From: Marispirochaeta sp.
GTDB taxonomy: Bacteria; Spirochaetota; Spirochaetia; JC444; Marispirochaetaceae
Assembly (NCBI GenBank): GCA_963676835.2
Contig: CAXXFF010000004.1
Span: 256,001 to 320,000 of the forward strand
Direction: 5' to 3'
Length of the DNA: 64,000 bases
Numbering within the stretch: position 1 is the first letter of the stretch; the number at the start of each line of letters is the position of its first letter. The notes below the pieces were generated by a model that had not been told where the DNA came from, ran no database searches, and was given only the letters and a program-made list of their open reading frames with translations. This document shows positions 19,575 to 29,692 of this stretch, one piece after another. Made by a program: the position numbers and the translations under genes.

Positions 19575-20636
19575 TCAACTGCTGAGTAATTCAGTTAGCC
19601 TGGGACTCAACTCAATAGCTTCTTCCCTGGTCGGGGTAGATGTCTGAATAAACACTCCCTTCCGGCCGAAATAATCGACAACTTTACGGGTGTACTCAAG
19701 CAAATCAGCCTGAGAGTCAGTTCCATGATCCCAGTAGAAATGGCGTAGGCACAAGGGAATCTTCCCGCCAGCGGCATCACGGATAACCTCCCAGTTTGGG
19801 TTCTGGGGAATGGTAAAATCCAGACCGCGGACATCTTCTATTTCGGTCATTGCTTCAACCACGTTCTGTACATCCCCGCAGGAATGGACAACGATGCCAC
19901 CGAAGGCCCGGGAGATCATACCGTTGTATTTTACCCCGAACTCCCTGTAGAGGTTTGGCGACATAAGAGCCGCAGTGTCGTCACTGATGCGAATACCGAT
20001 ATCCGAAGGGATATACCACATTTCGTGGCCCATGGTGTACAGATTTTTTATCCTCCGGATCTGTTCCTTTATAAACCCGATGGTAGCTTCAGTTATTTTC
20101 TCCATTAACAGATGCACTTCTTCCGGATAAAGCATTGTAGCGGTAATAAAAGAGGTGTATTCCCATATCAGCGATGCAGTAACCAGAGGCGATGGAACAT
20201 TTACAAGACGCAGGGGAAGATCACTGTTTGCCTGCATAAACTCAATACGCTCATATGCCCGCTTGTAGATGGGAGTTGTAAGTACATCCGGAACTTCAAG
20301 TTTGTGTATCTCATCCCGGTTATCCTCTGTAAATCGCGGGGCAATCCAGGGGTCCGCTTCTTCATTGGGAGTACCCTGGCACTTAAAGGCTTCAGCGATT
20401 ACCCCGATACCGAGATTCGGTTTAATATTGGGCAGCGCAAAATCATAAAATGTACCACGCTGTTTGTGATAATCAATATTCCAGTCCAGTTCCTTGCGGT
20501 CATCGGCCAGATACTCCTTGAAAGCCGCATGGAAAGGACCCAGCTCAATCATAAAGGGAACATGTCCAGTATCCTTCATCTGCCAGGTATCGTGAAGTAT
20601 GGAACGGATATCGTTTTCGGACAAGTTTACACTCAT
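19575..20636 (-). CDS. UroD/MetE-like family protein (possible corrinoid methyltransferase component)
   Basis: SDDTAALMSP, VHSCG; same fold family as neighbour but divergent. Confidence 0.65.
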   Translation of the reverse strand: MSVNLSENDIRSILHDTWQMKDTGHVPFMIELGPFHAAFKEYLADDRKELDWNIDYHKQRGTFYDFALPNIKPNLGIGVIAEAFKCQGTPNEEADPWIAPRFTEDNRDEIHKLEVPDVLTTPIYKRAYERIEFMQANSDLPLRLVNVPSPLVTASLIWEYTSFITATMLYPEEVHLLMEKITEATIGFIKEQIRRIKNLYTMGHEMWYIPSDIGIRISDDTAALMSPNLYREFGVKYNGMISRAFGGIVVHSCGDVQNVVEAMTEIEDVRGLDFTIPQNPNWEVIRDAAGGKIPLCLRHFYWDHGTDSQADLLEYTRKVVDYFGRKGVFIQTSTPTREEAIELSPRLTELLSS

Positions 20637-20655
20637 ATAGCCTCCTGCTTTTACG

Positions 20656-21942
20656 TCAGCCCATTCCCATAATCATATTGGGTAGGCCTGTTACCAGCCC
20701 GGGAAACAGCACAATCAGAATGAGCACCAGAAACAGAGGAATAAGAAAAGGCAGCGTGGCTTTTACAACCTGTTCAAACTTCAACCCCGACACCTGTGCC
20801 ATAACAAACAGCACTATTCCAAATGGTGGTGTCAACAGCCCTATCATCAGGTTGAGTACCATAACTACACCAAAATGAACCGGGTCAATTCCCAATTTCT
20901 GTATAACCGGAAGAAGAATAGGCCCGAGGATGAGAATAGCAACAGTAGAGTCGAGGAAGCAGCCGATTATCAAAAGAAAAATATTAATTACCAGTAAAAT
21001 TATCAAAGGGTTTTCACTGATAGAGACAAGCCATTCTGCCATTCTAATGGTCATTCCGGAGCGCATAAGAACCCAACCGTACAGGGTTGATGCCGCAACA
21101 ACAAAGCCAATCAGCGCAGTCTCTCTGGCGGTTTCATAAAAGGCGGTTACCAGATCCTTCCATGATAGTTCACGCAGAACGATAACTCCTATTATCAATG
21201 CATAGCATACCGCAACTGCTGCAGCTTCGGTGGGAGTAAAAAAACCAAGCCAGATTCCACCCAAAAGAATTACAGGGGTAAACAGCGGTAAAAGAGCATC
21301 GGTGAAACTCTTCAGAGCGATTTTCCAGGTGGGAAAGGGCTGCCGGGGATACTTATGCTTTTTCGAATACCCGGCTACCATTAACATAAGAATTGCCGTC
21401 ATCATGACCCCAGGCACAACTCCACCAAGAAACAAGCGGCCTACTGATACTCCGCTGACAAATGAGAATACAACCATCGGCAGGCTTGGCGGAAAAATCG
21501 GCCCGATGGTTGAGCTTGCAGATGTTACAGCAACGGCAAAACTTTTCGGATACCCCCCCTTCTCCATGGCATCAAGTTCAATCTGGCCAAGTCCGGCAGC
21601 ATCCACAACTGCAGCTCCAGACATTCCTGCGAATATCAGACTGGCAACAACATTGGCATGAGCAAGTCCTCCGGGGAGAAAACCTACCAGAGTATCAGCA
21701 AATCCAAAGATTTTGTGGGTTATGCCGGCAGTGTTCATAAGCTTAGCAGCAAGAATAAAGAGCGGTATTGCCAAAAGGATAAAGTTCTGCAAACCAAACT
21801 GCATTTTCTGGGCAATAATTGTAGCCTGGAAAATCATACCTCCACTTATAATGGCACCAATGGAGGAGAGCCCAAGGGCCAGCGCAACGGGCATTCCCAT
21901 CAAAAGAAAAACAACCAGGCCAAGAGTTAGAAAGAGAATCAT
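20656..21942 (-). CDS. dctM: TRAP transporter large permease DctM
   Basis: AIPLFILA, FAGMSGAAV, PIFPPS, FTPTEAA, IDPVHFG, LTPPFG. Confidence 0.93.
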   Translation of the reverse strand: MILFLTLGLVVFLLMGMPVALALGLSSIGAIISGGMIFQATIIAQKMQFGLQNFILLAIPLFILAAKLMNTAGITHKIFGFADTLVGFLPGGLAHANVVASLIFAGMSGAAVVDAAGLGQIELDAMEKGGYPKSFAVAVTSASSTIGPIFPPSLPMVVFSFVSGVSVGRLFLGGVVPGVMMTAILMLMVAGYSKKHKYPRQPFPTWKIALKSFTDALLPLFTPVILLGGIWLGFFTPTEAAAVAVCYALIIGVIVLRELSWKDLVTAFYETARETALIGFVVAASTLYGWVLMRSGMTIRMAEWLVSISENPLIILLVINIFLLIIGCFLDSTVAILILGPILLPVIQKLGIDPVHFGVVMVLNLMIGLLTPPFGIVLFVMAQVSGLKFEQVVKATLPFLIPLFLVLILIVLFPGLVTGLPNMIMGMG

Positions 21943-22424
21943 CCCTGACCTCCTTCAACTATATTATCTGGAGACTGTTTGTTAAACAGATCCCTGAAAA
22001 GATTCAATATTAAATACCAGGTCATTATGCAGCCGCTTGCAAAAACAACCGCATACATATACCCGATCTTCATCCACTTAACCGTTGAAAGCGCTACATC
22101 CCAGTTTTTGGTAATATTCCGCCATGCACCGATAATCAGGTAATACATAAAAGGAAGTACAATCAGACGTACAAGGATACGGAATACTTTCTGCATTCTT
22201 GTACTCAGACGATCCGGTAAAGCGGTAATGCTGATGTGGGATTCACTTTGCATCAAGCCTGCAGATCCGATAAAAACAAGAAAAATGAAAGAGTACTGGG
22301 CCAGGTCCTCTGACCAGGAAGCGGGGATCTTCAGTACAACCCGGAAGACTACGGTTAAAACCGTAATAACAAACATACAAAGCAGTATGGCAGCGTTCAC
22401 ACCTTCGATTATTTTCCTCACCAC
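21939..22424 (-). CDS. dctQ: TRAP transporter small permease DctQ
   Basis: VVFRVV..WSEDLAQY, HISI; 4 TM; start uncertain. Confidence 0.88.
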   Translation of the reverse strand: MVRKIIEGVNAAILLCMFVITVLTVVFRVVLKIPASWSEDLAQYSFIFLVFIGSAGLMQSESHISITALPDRLSTRMQKVFRILVRLIVLPFMYYLIIGAWRNITKNWDVALSTVKWMKIGYMYAVVFASGCIMTWYLILNLFRDLFNKQSPDNIVEGGQG

Positions 22425-22481
22425 AAGTCCTTCCCATGCTAAAAGATAGATAATAAAAACAGAGACAGTCACAATAGAGAA

Positions 22482-22506
22482 AGGGCGCCCTATTGAAGGG
22501 CGCCCT
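22482..22506. terminator. Stem-loop after dctP
   Basis: AGGGCGCCCT-attga-AGGGCGCCCT (self-complementary arms). Confidence 0.55.
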
Positions 22507-22523
22507 GAAGATTCAGAAAACTA

Positions 22524-23522
22524 TTACTTGAGAGCAGCTTTAACCTTTGCATAAAATGCTGGATCCCACTCTTTGGCGGCGATTTCATCTATTACAGGCT
22601 GTACAGCAGCTTTAAAAGCGTCTTTGTCGACAACAATCAGTTCCATACCAAGTTTCTTCAGTTCCTCTACAAACTTCGCATCACCGTCTTTGGTAATACT
22701 GTTTGCATAGGCTATACCTTCTTCCATAGCCTTGGTTAAAAGATCCTGATCAGCTGCACTGAGGGTGTCCCACCATGCTTTTGAAGAAAGAACCCGGGCA
22801 GCGGAATAGATGTGCTCGGTCTGGATCATGTATTTCTGGGCTTCAAAGAACTTGTAGTTCAGGATAGTCTCGGGAGGATTCTCCTGTGCTTCAACAACAC
22901 CGGTCTTAAGAGCCATATAGACTTCGCCGAAAGCGATGTTTGAAGGAAGGGCGCCAAGAGATTCCCACACCTTGAACCATGCATCAACAGGGGGAAGACG
23001 CATCTTGAGGCCTTTTACATCTGCAACGTTGCGTACAGGCCGATTGGCTGTCAGATAGCGCGCGCCACGATAGATAACACCATCGGTGCGAACACCGCGC
23101 TGATCTTCGATCATCTGAGACAGTTCTTTTCCGGGACCGTTCCAGAATGCCCAGAAATCATCCTGACTTGCAAAGACATAGGGAACTTCAGAGATGTAGT
23201 ATTTCGGAAAATAGGTTGAGATATCATTGGTTCCAAGAACACCGTATTCAACAGATCCATCGGAAAGCATTTCGAAGGTCTGCTTTTCATCTCCCATGGC
23301 ATTGGACGGATGAATAAGAACTTCGATTCTTCCGTTGGAGCGGGATTCCGCAAGTTCCTTGAACTTATTCAGTCCCTTGTCCTGGGGGGAATCCGGTGGA
23401 AAGGTAGATGCGATATTAGCTACAACCTTCTGGGGAGCGCCGTCACTGCTCTCTTTTGCACCCTCCGCAAATGCGGGAAGAAGCAACGACAGACAGATAA
23501 GCAACATGACAATTTTTTTCAT
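22524..23522 (-). CDS. dctP: TRAP transporter substrate-binding protein DctP
   Basis: Signal peptide, GLKMRLP, EVYMALKTGVVEAQENP. Confidence 0.93.
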   Translation of the reverse strand: MKKIVMLLICLSLLLPAFAEGAKESSDGAPQKVVANIASTFPPDSPQDKGLNKFKELAESRSNGRIEVLIHPSNAMGDEKQTFEMLSDGSVEYGVLGTNDISTYFPKYYISEVPYVFASQDDFWAFWNGPGKELSQMIEDQRGVRTDGVIYRGARYLTANRPVRNVADVKGLKMRLPPVDAWFKVWESLGALPSNIAFGEVYMALKTGVVEAQENPPETILNYKFFEAQKYMIQTEHIYSAARVLSSKAWWDTLSAADQDLLTKAMEEGIAYANSITKDGDAKFVEELKKLGMELIVVDKDAFKAAVQPVIDEIAAKEWDPAFYAKVKAALK

Positions 23523-23638
23523 AAGTCCTCCTTTTTCTACGAATGCCGAATATAATATTTCGCTTTGGAATAATCTCCGAAGCGTATCAGCCAGGCAAGG
23601 AGGTATCTGATGTCAACAGCAACGATGCAAATCTCTTG

Positions 23639-23654
23639 ATACCGTATACGGTAT
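23639..23654. promoter_or_regulatory. Perfect 16-bp palindrome, candidate GntR operator
   Basis: ATACCGTATACGGTAT between divergent dctP and gntR. Confidence 0.65.
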
Positions 23655-23720
23655 ATGCTATTCTGCTTACATTCAGCTGTCAAGATTTTTTCTGCCGGGA
23701 ACAGTCGGAAAACAAATTAT

Positions 23721-24416
23721 ATGTCTGAAAGAAAAATCATCCGTCACAGCCTGAGCGAACAGGCCGAGATACTCATCAGGGAAAAAATCCTCTCCCTTGA
23801 ATATGAACCGGGAGAACGCCTAGTTGTCGATAAGCTTGCTGATGATCTTGAAGTCAGCCGTACTCCTGTTCGGGAGGCTCTGAGAAACCTGGCCCAGCAA
23901 GGCCTGGTCAACTACGATGGCAAAATATACTCACTCTTTTTTCCAATATCAGGCGATATAGAAGAAATCTTCACTATAAGAAAAGCCCTGGAACCGGTGG
24001 CAGCAGAACTCGCGGTCAACCGGATCGCACCCGAAGCGATAGATGAACTACGCCTACTTTTAGATCAGCATACTTCAAGGGAAGATGATATATCCCTGAC
24101 AGAAGTAGATGTACACTTTCATGATGTGATTGTAGAGAGTGCAGGGAATCAACGGATGAAACAGATCCTCGCAAATATGCGTTATCAGTTCAGACTGATC
24201 AGAGGATGGGTTGCAAAACGTAACAGACTTGAGATTTCCGGAAAGGCGAATGTGCTTGAAATAGATACCATCAACGAACACCGAAAAATCTTTGACAGCT
24301 TAATTGCACATGACCCGGAAAGCGCAGCCGCTGCAATGGCTGAACATCTTGCAAAAGGCCGGAGACGAGTCCTTCATAATCTTTTTGAAACAGATTCTTT
24401 AAAAGGACAGTTGTAA
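23721..24416 (+). CDS. GntR family (FCD) transcriptional regulator
   Basis: PGERLVVDKLADDLEVSRTPVREAL; close paralogue of 17845-18519. Confidence 0.9.
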   Translation: MSERKIIRHSLSEQAEILIREKILSLEYEPGERLVVDKLADDLEVSRTPVREALRNLAQQGLVNYDGKIYSLFFPISGDIEEIFTIRKALEPVAAELAVNRIAPEAIDELRLLLDQHTSREDDISLTEVDVHFHDVIVESAGNQRMKQILANMRYQFRLIRGWVAKRNRLEISGKANVLEIDTINEHRKIFDSLIAHDPESAAAAMAEHLAKGRRRVLHNLFETDSLKGQL

Positions 24417-24432
24417 AGCCAGGAGCTTCCCC

Positions 24433-25620
24433 CTACTCCGGAATCGGCTCCAGTGCCCGTGGAAACAGTCCGTTTGCCCAGGCCAGAAACAACCCGTAAT
24501 TCAGAATAGGAACCCCCGCTTCACGGATTTCATCAAGCCTGGCCATAACCTTTCCCCGGGTAAGCATACAGCTGGCACACATTATTACCAGATCATAGCT
24601 TTTAAGCTCCTCTGTTTCCGGCATTTGCTTTGCAAAGGTAAAATCACCGTCCCGGCGCACCATCTGCCGAAACAGCCGGGGGATTTTCACCGTGCCGATA
24701 TCATCCGCCTGCCGGTGATGGCTGCAGCTTTCCAGCATGAGGATACGCGGCTCCGGTTTCATAGTCTCCAGTGCCTTCAATCCGTCTACATAACGATCCA
24801 GATCGCCTTTTTTACGGGCAAAGAGAATGCTGAAGCTGGTAAGGGGCTGGTCTTCAGGTATATCCGCCGCAACCTTACTGAAGGCCTGACTGTCGGTTAT
24901 TACCAGCTTCGGCGGAGTTTTAAGAGTGTTGTAAAACTGATAGAGCTCCCGTTCCTTCACAACCAGGGCGGCACAGTCCCGGTCCAGGGCATCCCGCAGG
25001 GTCTCCACCTGAGGTAAAATCAGCCGGCCTTTAGGTGCTGCAAGGTCAATGGGGGTGACCAGAACAATAAGGTCTCCTTCCCGGACAAGACCTTCCAGCG
25101 GGGTGGGTTCCGGTTCCGGCCGGGCAGCGGAGATTGCACTGATAAGCTCGGGGATGCCCTTCCCTGCCGGGCTGTCCACCTGAAGACCTCCGGTCTGTTT
25201 CAGCCAGGAGGACTTATCGGCATGGAGAGCCTCTTCTCCGTGGGTTGCAACAAAAAGAGCTGGAACCTTGTTTCCGTTGTTAAAGAGCTTTTCAAAGAGT
25301 GACTTCTCCGCGTCAACCGCCGGACGGTGGCCGGGGCTGACCATAATCACCATATCGGCTGACTTTGCCCGTTCCAGGGCGGCCTTTATGCGCTGATCAC
25401 CCAGCTCCCCCACATCATCAATGCCGGCGGTGTCCACAATAGCCGCCGGTCCCAGCCGGGGGATCTCAAAACTCCGGGTGACCGGGTCGGTGGTCGTCCC
25501 CGGGGTATCGGAAACTATGGCAATATCCTTGCCGAAAAGTGCATTCATAAGACTGCTTTTTCCGGCATTGCGGATTCCGGTCAGGACTATGCGGGGCTGT
25601 TCCGCGAGGGGTGTTTTCAT
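24433..25620 (-). CDS. hydF: [FeFe]-hydrogenase maturation GTPase HydF
   Basis: GIRNAGKSS, PGTTTDPV, DTAG, PKGRLILPQV, ITDSQAF, CSHH and CxxC ligands. Confidence 0.93.
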   Translation of the reverse strand: MKTPLAEQPRIVLTGIRNAGKSSLMNALFGKDIAIVSDTPGTTTDPVTRSFEIPRLGPAAIVDTAGIDDVGELGDQRIKAALERAKSADMVIMVSPGHRPAVDAEKSLFEKLFNNGNKVPALFVATHGEEALHADKSSWLKQTGGLQVDSPAGKGIPELISAISAARPEPEPTPLEGLVREGDLIVLVTPIDLAAPKGRLILPQVETLRDALDRDCAALVVKERELYQFYNTLKTPPKLVITDSQAFSKVAADIPEDQPLTSFSILFARKKGDLDRYVDGLKALETMKPEPRILMLESCSHHRQADDIGTVKIPRLFRQMVRRDGDFTFAKQMPETEELKSYDLVIMCASCMLTRGKVMARLDEIREAGVPILNYGLFLAWANGLFPRALEPIPE

Positions 25621-25665
25621 CTGATCAACCTCATTTTCAAGTCTTCTGGATCAAGTTCACGCTGA

Positions 25666-26997
25666 CTACTCCGTCGTGTCAGCAGGAAAGTTTGAAATCA
25701 GGGATTCCGGCCGCGTCCAGTTTTTAAGGGTATCTTCATCAATTTCAAGCAGCCCGGCTGCGCGGCGACTGAAATCGGCAAGGTCTGAAGGAGGATCAGT
25801 CAGAATACCCTCCACCAGCGGTTTGAGCCGGTGATATCCTACCCTTGGCATCAGAGCATTGAGCATGGCCGGGGAAGCTGCAAGATTGCGCTCCATCCGC
25901 CGGGTATCCACAGTCATTTCGTTAAGAAACCGCAGCAGTGATTCTGCTGCCTGTATCAGCAGACTGCAGCTGTTGAGCAGGCTCTCTGCAAGAAAGGGCA
26001 GCATTGCATTCAGCTGCATCCGGGAATCCCGGGCATATACGGCTGCAAGCCGGCCTTCGGCATCCGCCCTCAGGGCAAGCCCCCGGGAAAACTCAAGCAG
26101 CACCGGATTAACCTTTACGGGCATAATGCTGGAGCCCCACTGCAGTTCCGGGTGACGGATTTCCCCCACCACAGAGCTGGAATAAAAAAGGAGATCGTCG
26201 CAGATGGTAAGCAGGTTCCCTGCTGCAAGGGAGTAGCCTGAACCAAGCTCAGCCAGGGCATCCTTGTGGGCGATTGCATCGGGAAGATTCTGGCTCCGCG
26301 CCAGGGGCAGTCCGCTTATGCGGCGGAGATTGCGCACAGCAGCATTGATGTACTCCGGTGGAGCATTGAAACAGGTACCTAGCGCCGTGCCTCCCAGGGA
26401 AATTTCCCGCACCCGTTCACTGAGTTTGGAAATCCGCCAGCGGTCCCGTTCAGCCATGCCCGCCCAGGACCCGAAAAGCTGTCCCGCACTTATGGGAAGG
26501 GCATCCTGCATCTCGGTACGTCCCGTCATAAGGGCCGTGTCATATTCAGTTTCAAGGGAAACAAGCTTCTCCTGAAGGGCAATTACCCTTTCTTCTGCTG
26601 CGGACAAGCCCCGGAAGGCGGCAATATTCACTGCAGTGGAAAAAACATCGTTGGTGGACTGATAGCGGGCAAGATCCTCCAGAGAGTCCGGCTTAGTCCC
26701 GGTTTTCTCCATTGCAAGGGCAGCAATAACCTCATTGAGATTCATATGTATGCTGGTTCCCGCTCCGCCCTGACGAAGACTTAAGGGGAAAAGCCCGTCA
26801 TGTTCTCCCCGGATAAGCTCCTCACAGCTTGCCTTTATTCCCTGCCAGAGGGAATCCTCCCAGCGCCGGTCATGGGACTGAACTGCCTCCAGGGCGGCAA
26901 GCTTCACCTCGGCCACAGCACGGATAATTTCAGCAGGAAGCCTGCCCGGGCCGAAGTTCGCCTGGGCCCTTGCGGTTTCCGGACCGGGCAGATTCAT
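25666..26997 (-). CDS. Aspartate ammonia-lyase/fumarate lyase family protein
   Basis: QGGAGTSIHMNLNE, QSTNDV, GRTEMQDA, GSSIMPVKVNP signature. Confidence 0.85.
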   Translation of the reverse strand: MNLPGPETARAQANFGPGRLPAEIIRAVAEVKLAALEAVQSHDRRWEDSLWQGIKASCEELIRGEHDGLFPLSLRQGGAGTSIHMNLNEVIAALAMEKTGTKPDSLEDLARYQSTNDVFSTAVNIAAFRGLSAAEERVIALQEKLVSLETEYDTALMTGRTEMQDALPISAGQLFGSWAGMAERDRWRISKLSERVREISLGGTALGTCFNAPPEYINAAVRNLRRISGLPLARSQNLPDAIAHKDALAELGSGYSLAAGNLLTICDDLLFYSSSVVGEIRHPELQWGSSIMPVKVNPVLLEFSRGLALRADAEGRLAAVYARDSRMQLNAMLPFLAESLLNSCSLLIQAAESLLRFLNEMTVDTRRMERNLAASPAMLNALMPRVGYHRLKPLVEGILTDPPSDLADFSRRAAGLLEIDEDTLKNWTRPESLISNFPADTTE

Positions 26998-28010
26998 ACG
27001 GGAATCTCCTTTCTGCAGACACGGCCGTCGGCCCGGTCAAAGCTCATTTCAAAGCCGGTGGATTTGATTCTCATATCAAGACAGCCAATGCACTGCAGGC
27101 CGTCTTCATCGAGACAGATTTTTCCGGGATAGAGGAGATAATCCTTCTTAACCTCAACGGGGGTCAGGTTGGGCATTACCACATTTGCTCCCCGGCGGAT
27201 CATCTCCTCCCGCCCGTTCGCAACAAGACTCCCTGCTGCGGTTGTGGCAGGAATATGAGCTTCCGGGCAGACCACCCTTAAAAACGCGGTGGTCCGCAGG
27301 GCGAGATCTATGGGTATCTGGGGTGCATCCTTGAGGGGCGTGTCCGGATGGGGAATAAAAGGTCCGATCCCCACCATATCCAGACCGATTTCAGCAGCCA
27401 TACGGACATTATTGACCACCGTATCTTCTGTCTCACCGGGCAGGCCTACCATAAATCCCGAACCGGTCTGAAAGCCTGTGCTCTTCAGATCATCCAGAGC
27501 CTGCAGGCGCCGGTCCAGGCTTACTCCGTCACGTAGGTACTTGTGCAGCGCCGGGTCGGCGGTTTCAAAGCGCAGAAGATAGCGGTCGGCCCCGGCTTTC
27601 TTAAGCTGGGCGTAGTGCTCCCGGGGCAGTATGCCGCAGCTCAATGTTACAGCCGCTTCATTGCCGGTGCGCTTTTTTATACCCGCAACAAGGCTGCCGA
27701 GTCTGTCGGTATTAAAATGGGAATCTTCACCACCCTGGAGCACAAAAGTCCTCAGGCCCCGGCGAAAGCCGGATTCAACAGCAGAGAACACCGCCTCATC
27801 ACTGAGGCGGTAGCGGTGAACATTTGTGTTATCCCGCCGGATACCGCAGTAAAGACAGCTGCAGCTGCAGTAGTTGGTGTATTCGATCAGCCCGCGGAGA
27901 AACACCTTCCCGCCGAATACCCGGCGGGAGATTGCTGCAGCCTCGGCGGAAAGCTCCACGTCCCTTCCCTGCCGAAACTTCAGTTCCGCAGCTCGAAAGG
28001 CATCAGACAT
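26994..28010 (-). CDS. hydE: [FeFe]-hydrogenase radical SAM maturase HydE
   Basis: LRGLIEYTNYCSCSCLYCGIR, GIGPFIPHPDTPL, GANVVMPN, Y.LYPGK; start at MSDAF. Confidence 0.92.
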   Translation of the reverse strand: MSDAFRAAELKFRQGRDVELSAEAAAISRRVFGGKVFLRGLIEYTNYCSCSCLYCGIRRDNTNVHRYRLSDEAVFSAVESGFRRGLRTFVLQGGEDSHFNTDRLGSLVAGIKKRTGNEAAVTLSCGILPREHYAQLKKAGADRYLLRFETADPALHKYLRDGVSLDRRLQALDDLKSTGFQTGSGFMVGLPGETEDTVVNNVRMAAEIGLDMVGIGPFIPHPDTPLKDAPQIPIDLALRTTAFLRVVCPEAHIPATTAAGSLVANGREEMIRRGANVVMPNLTPVEVKKDYLLYPGKICLDEDGLQCIGCLDMRIKSTGFEMSFDRADGRVCRKEIPV

Positions 28011-29415
28011 AGAGATCCCGTTCTCCCTGTTCGATGGCGGCACTGTTTTTACGGATGAGATCAGCAATGGAATCGGACTGCTCATCGGCAATCTTTTCTA
28101 TCAGCACCTCACCTTTTTTCTGCAGGTCCTCAGGTGCATAGTCCTTGAGGTACTCCGCAAAGGTTGCAAGGCCGTTGGGAAGACAGTACTGCTTTATGAG
28201 CCCCGGCTTGGCAAGATCCATAAAATCCGCCCCGGTTCGCCCCTTTCGGTAGCAGCCGGTACAGAAGGAGGGAACCAGGCCGTTATCCGCAAGATCATCG
28301 ATAACCTCTGCAAGATTACGGTGATCGCCAAGAGAAAACTGGCTGTGGCTGAACTCCTCGGTTTCACTCTTGGCGCCGCCGTAGCCGCCGGGGCTTGTGC
28401 TGGAGCCTGCGGAAACCTGGCTTATACCGTAGCGGAACAGCTCGCTGCGCATTTCGGTTGATTCCCGGGTGGAGAGAATAATGCCGGTATAGGGCAGAGT
28501 AAGCCGCAATACAGCAACAATTTTCTTGAATTCCTCGTCGGAAACCGGATGAGGAACGCTTTCGCTTATGGGCGCTCCGGAGGCAGGCTCCATTCTGGGC
28601 ACGCTGACGGTATGGCAGCCGCAGCCGAATTTCTTCTCCAGGTGGTTGGCGTGCATCAGCATTGCAAGGGTATCCTTGCGGTAGTCCGCAAGGCCGTAGA
28701 GAACTCCCAGACCTACGTCGTCTATTCCGGCCTCCATGGCCCTATCCATAACCTCAACCCGCCAGTTGAAATCAGCCTTGGGGCCTGTAGGATGATACTG
28801 CTTATAGAGTTCGGGATCATAGGTTTCCTGGAAACAGGTGTAGGTACCGATATTGGCGGTTTTGAGCTTTCTGAAGTTTTCCACCGACATGGGAGCAAGT
28901 TCGACATTAATGCGGCGGATGGAAGAGCCCTTTTCATCCTTAACGCCGTACATGGTTTCAATCGCCTTGACGGTGTAATCGATGGAGTACTCTCCTGCTT
29001 CTCCGGTAAGCAGGAGCAGACGCTTGTGTCCCTGCTTGAGAAGGGTCAGAGTTTCGGCGGCAATCTGTTCAGTGTTGAGTGTTGTGCGGTGCAGCTCTTT
29101 ATTGCTTTTGCGGAATCCGCAGTAGAGACAGTCGTTGCAGCATTTATTACCCGCATACAGGGGAGCAAAGAGGACCATCCTGGGCCCGTAGATCTCCTGC
29201 TTAACAAAAGCCGCCGTCTCAAGCAGGTCCTTTACCGCGGCATCTCCGGTACATGCAAGCAGTTCTGAAGCCTCTTCAAGGGTCAGTCCTTTCAGCTTGC
29301 GGGCTTTGGCAAGGATCTCAGCTCTCCGCTCCGCTGCAGGTTCCGCTGCTGTTCCGAGTTTTTCTATTACATCAAAATCAATCTGTTCACATTTTACCGC
29401 CGTTGTCGTGGTCAT
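28003..29415 (-). CDS. hydG: [FeFe]-hydrogenase radical SAM maturase HydG
   Basis: LFAPLY..N.C..DCLYCGF, FQETY, C-terminal PSFCTGCYR...C auxiliary cluster motif, GERDL. Confidence 0.93.
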   Translation of the reverse strand: MTTTTAVKCEQIDFDVIEKLGTAAEPAAERRAEILAKARKLKGLTLEEASELLACTGDAAVKDLLETAAFVKQEIYGPRMVLFAPLYAGNKCCNDCLYCGFRKSNKELHRTTLNTEQIAAETLTLLKQGHKRLLLLTGEAGEYSIDYTVKAIETMYGVKDEKGSSIRRINVELAPMSVENFRKLKTANIGTYTCFQETYDPELYKQYHPTGPKADFNWRVEVMDRAMEAGIDDVGLGVLYGLADYRKDTLAMLMHANHLEKKFGCGCHTVSVPRMEPASGAPISESVPHPVSDEEFKKIVAVLRLTLPYTGIILSTRESTEMRSELFRYGISQVSAGSSTSPGGYGGAKSETEEFSHSQFSLGDHRNLAEVIDDLADNGLVPSFCTGCYRKGRTGADFMDLAKPGLIKQYCLPNGLATFAEYLKDYAPEDLQKKGEVLIEKIADEQSDSIADLIRKNSAAIEQGERDLYV

Positions 29416-29671
29416 CCTGTTCCTCCCGAAAATTGGTTAGAACGGATTTCACCTGCACCCGGTCAAGACGACCCAGCTTCCCTGTAAGAGCCCCGATTTC
29501 ATCGGTGGACCCTTCGACAACCAGCGAGATAACATGAATACCTTTGTCACGCAGGGGCAGCCCCTGGCGCGCCAGAATCAATTCACCGAAATCCGACAGC
29601 AGGGTGTTCATTCCCCGGACGGAATCCTTTGACTCCAGCAGTATCGTTACGACTCCCAGCCGCTTTTCCAT
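29387..29671 (-). CDS. TM1266 family putative iron-only hydrogenase system regulator
   Basis: MEKRLGVV..N.LLS..I.ARQGLP...ISLVVEG..DEIGALTGKLG; directly upstream of hydG. Confidence 0.85.
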   Translation of the reverse strand: MEKRLGVVTILLESKDSVRGMNTLLSDFGELILARQGLPLRDKGIHVISLVVEGSTDEIGALTGKLGRLDRVQVKSVLTNFREEQDDHDNGGKM

Positions 29672-29692
29672 CAGTACGCAACCTCCGGATCA

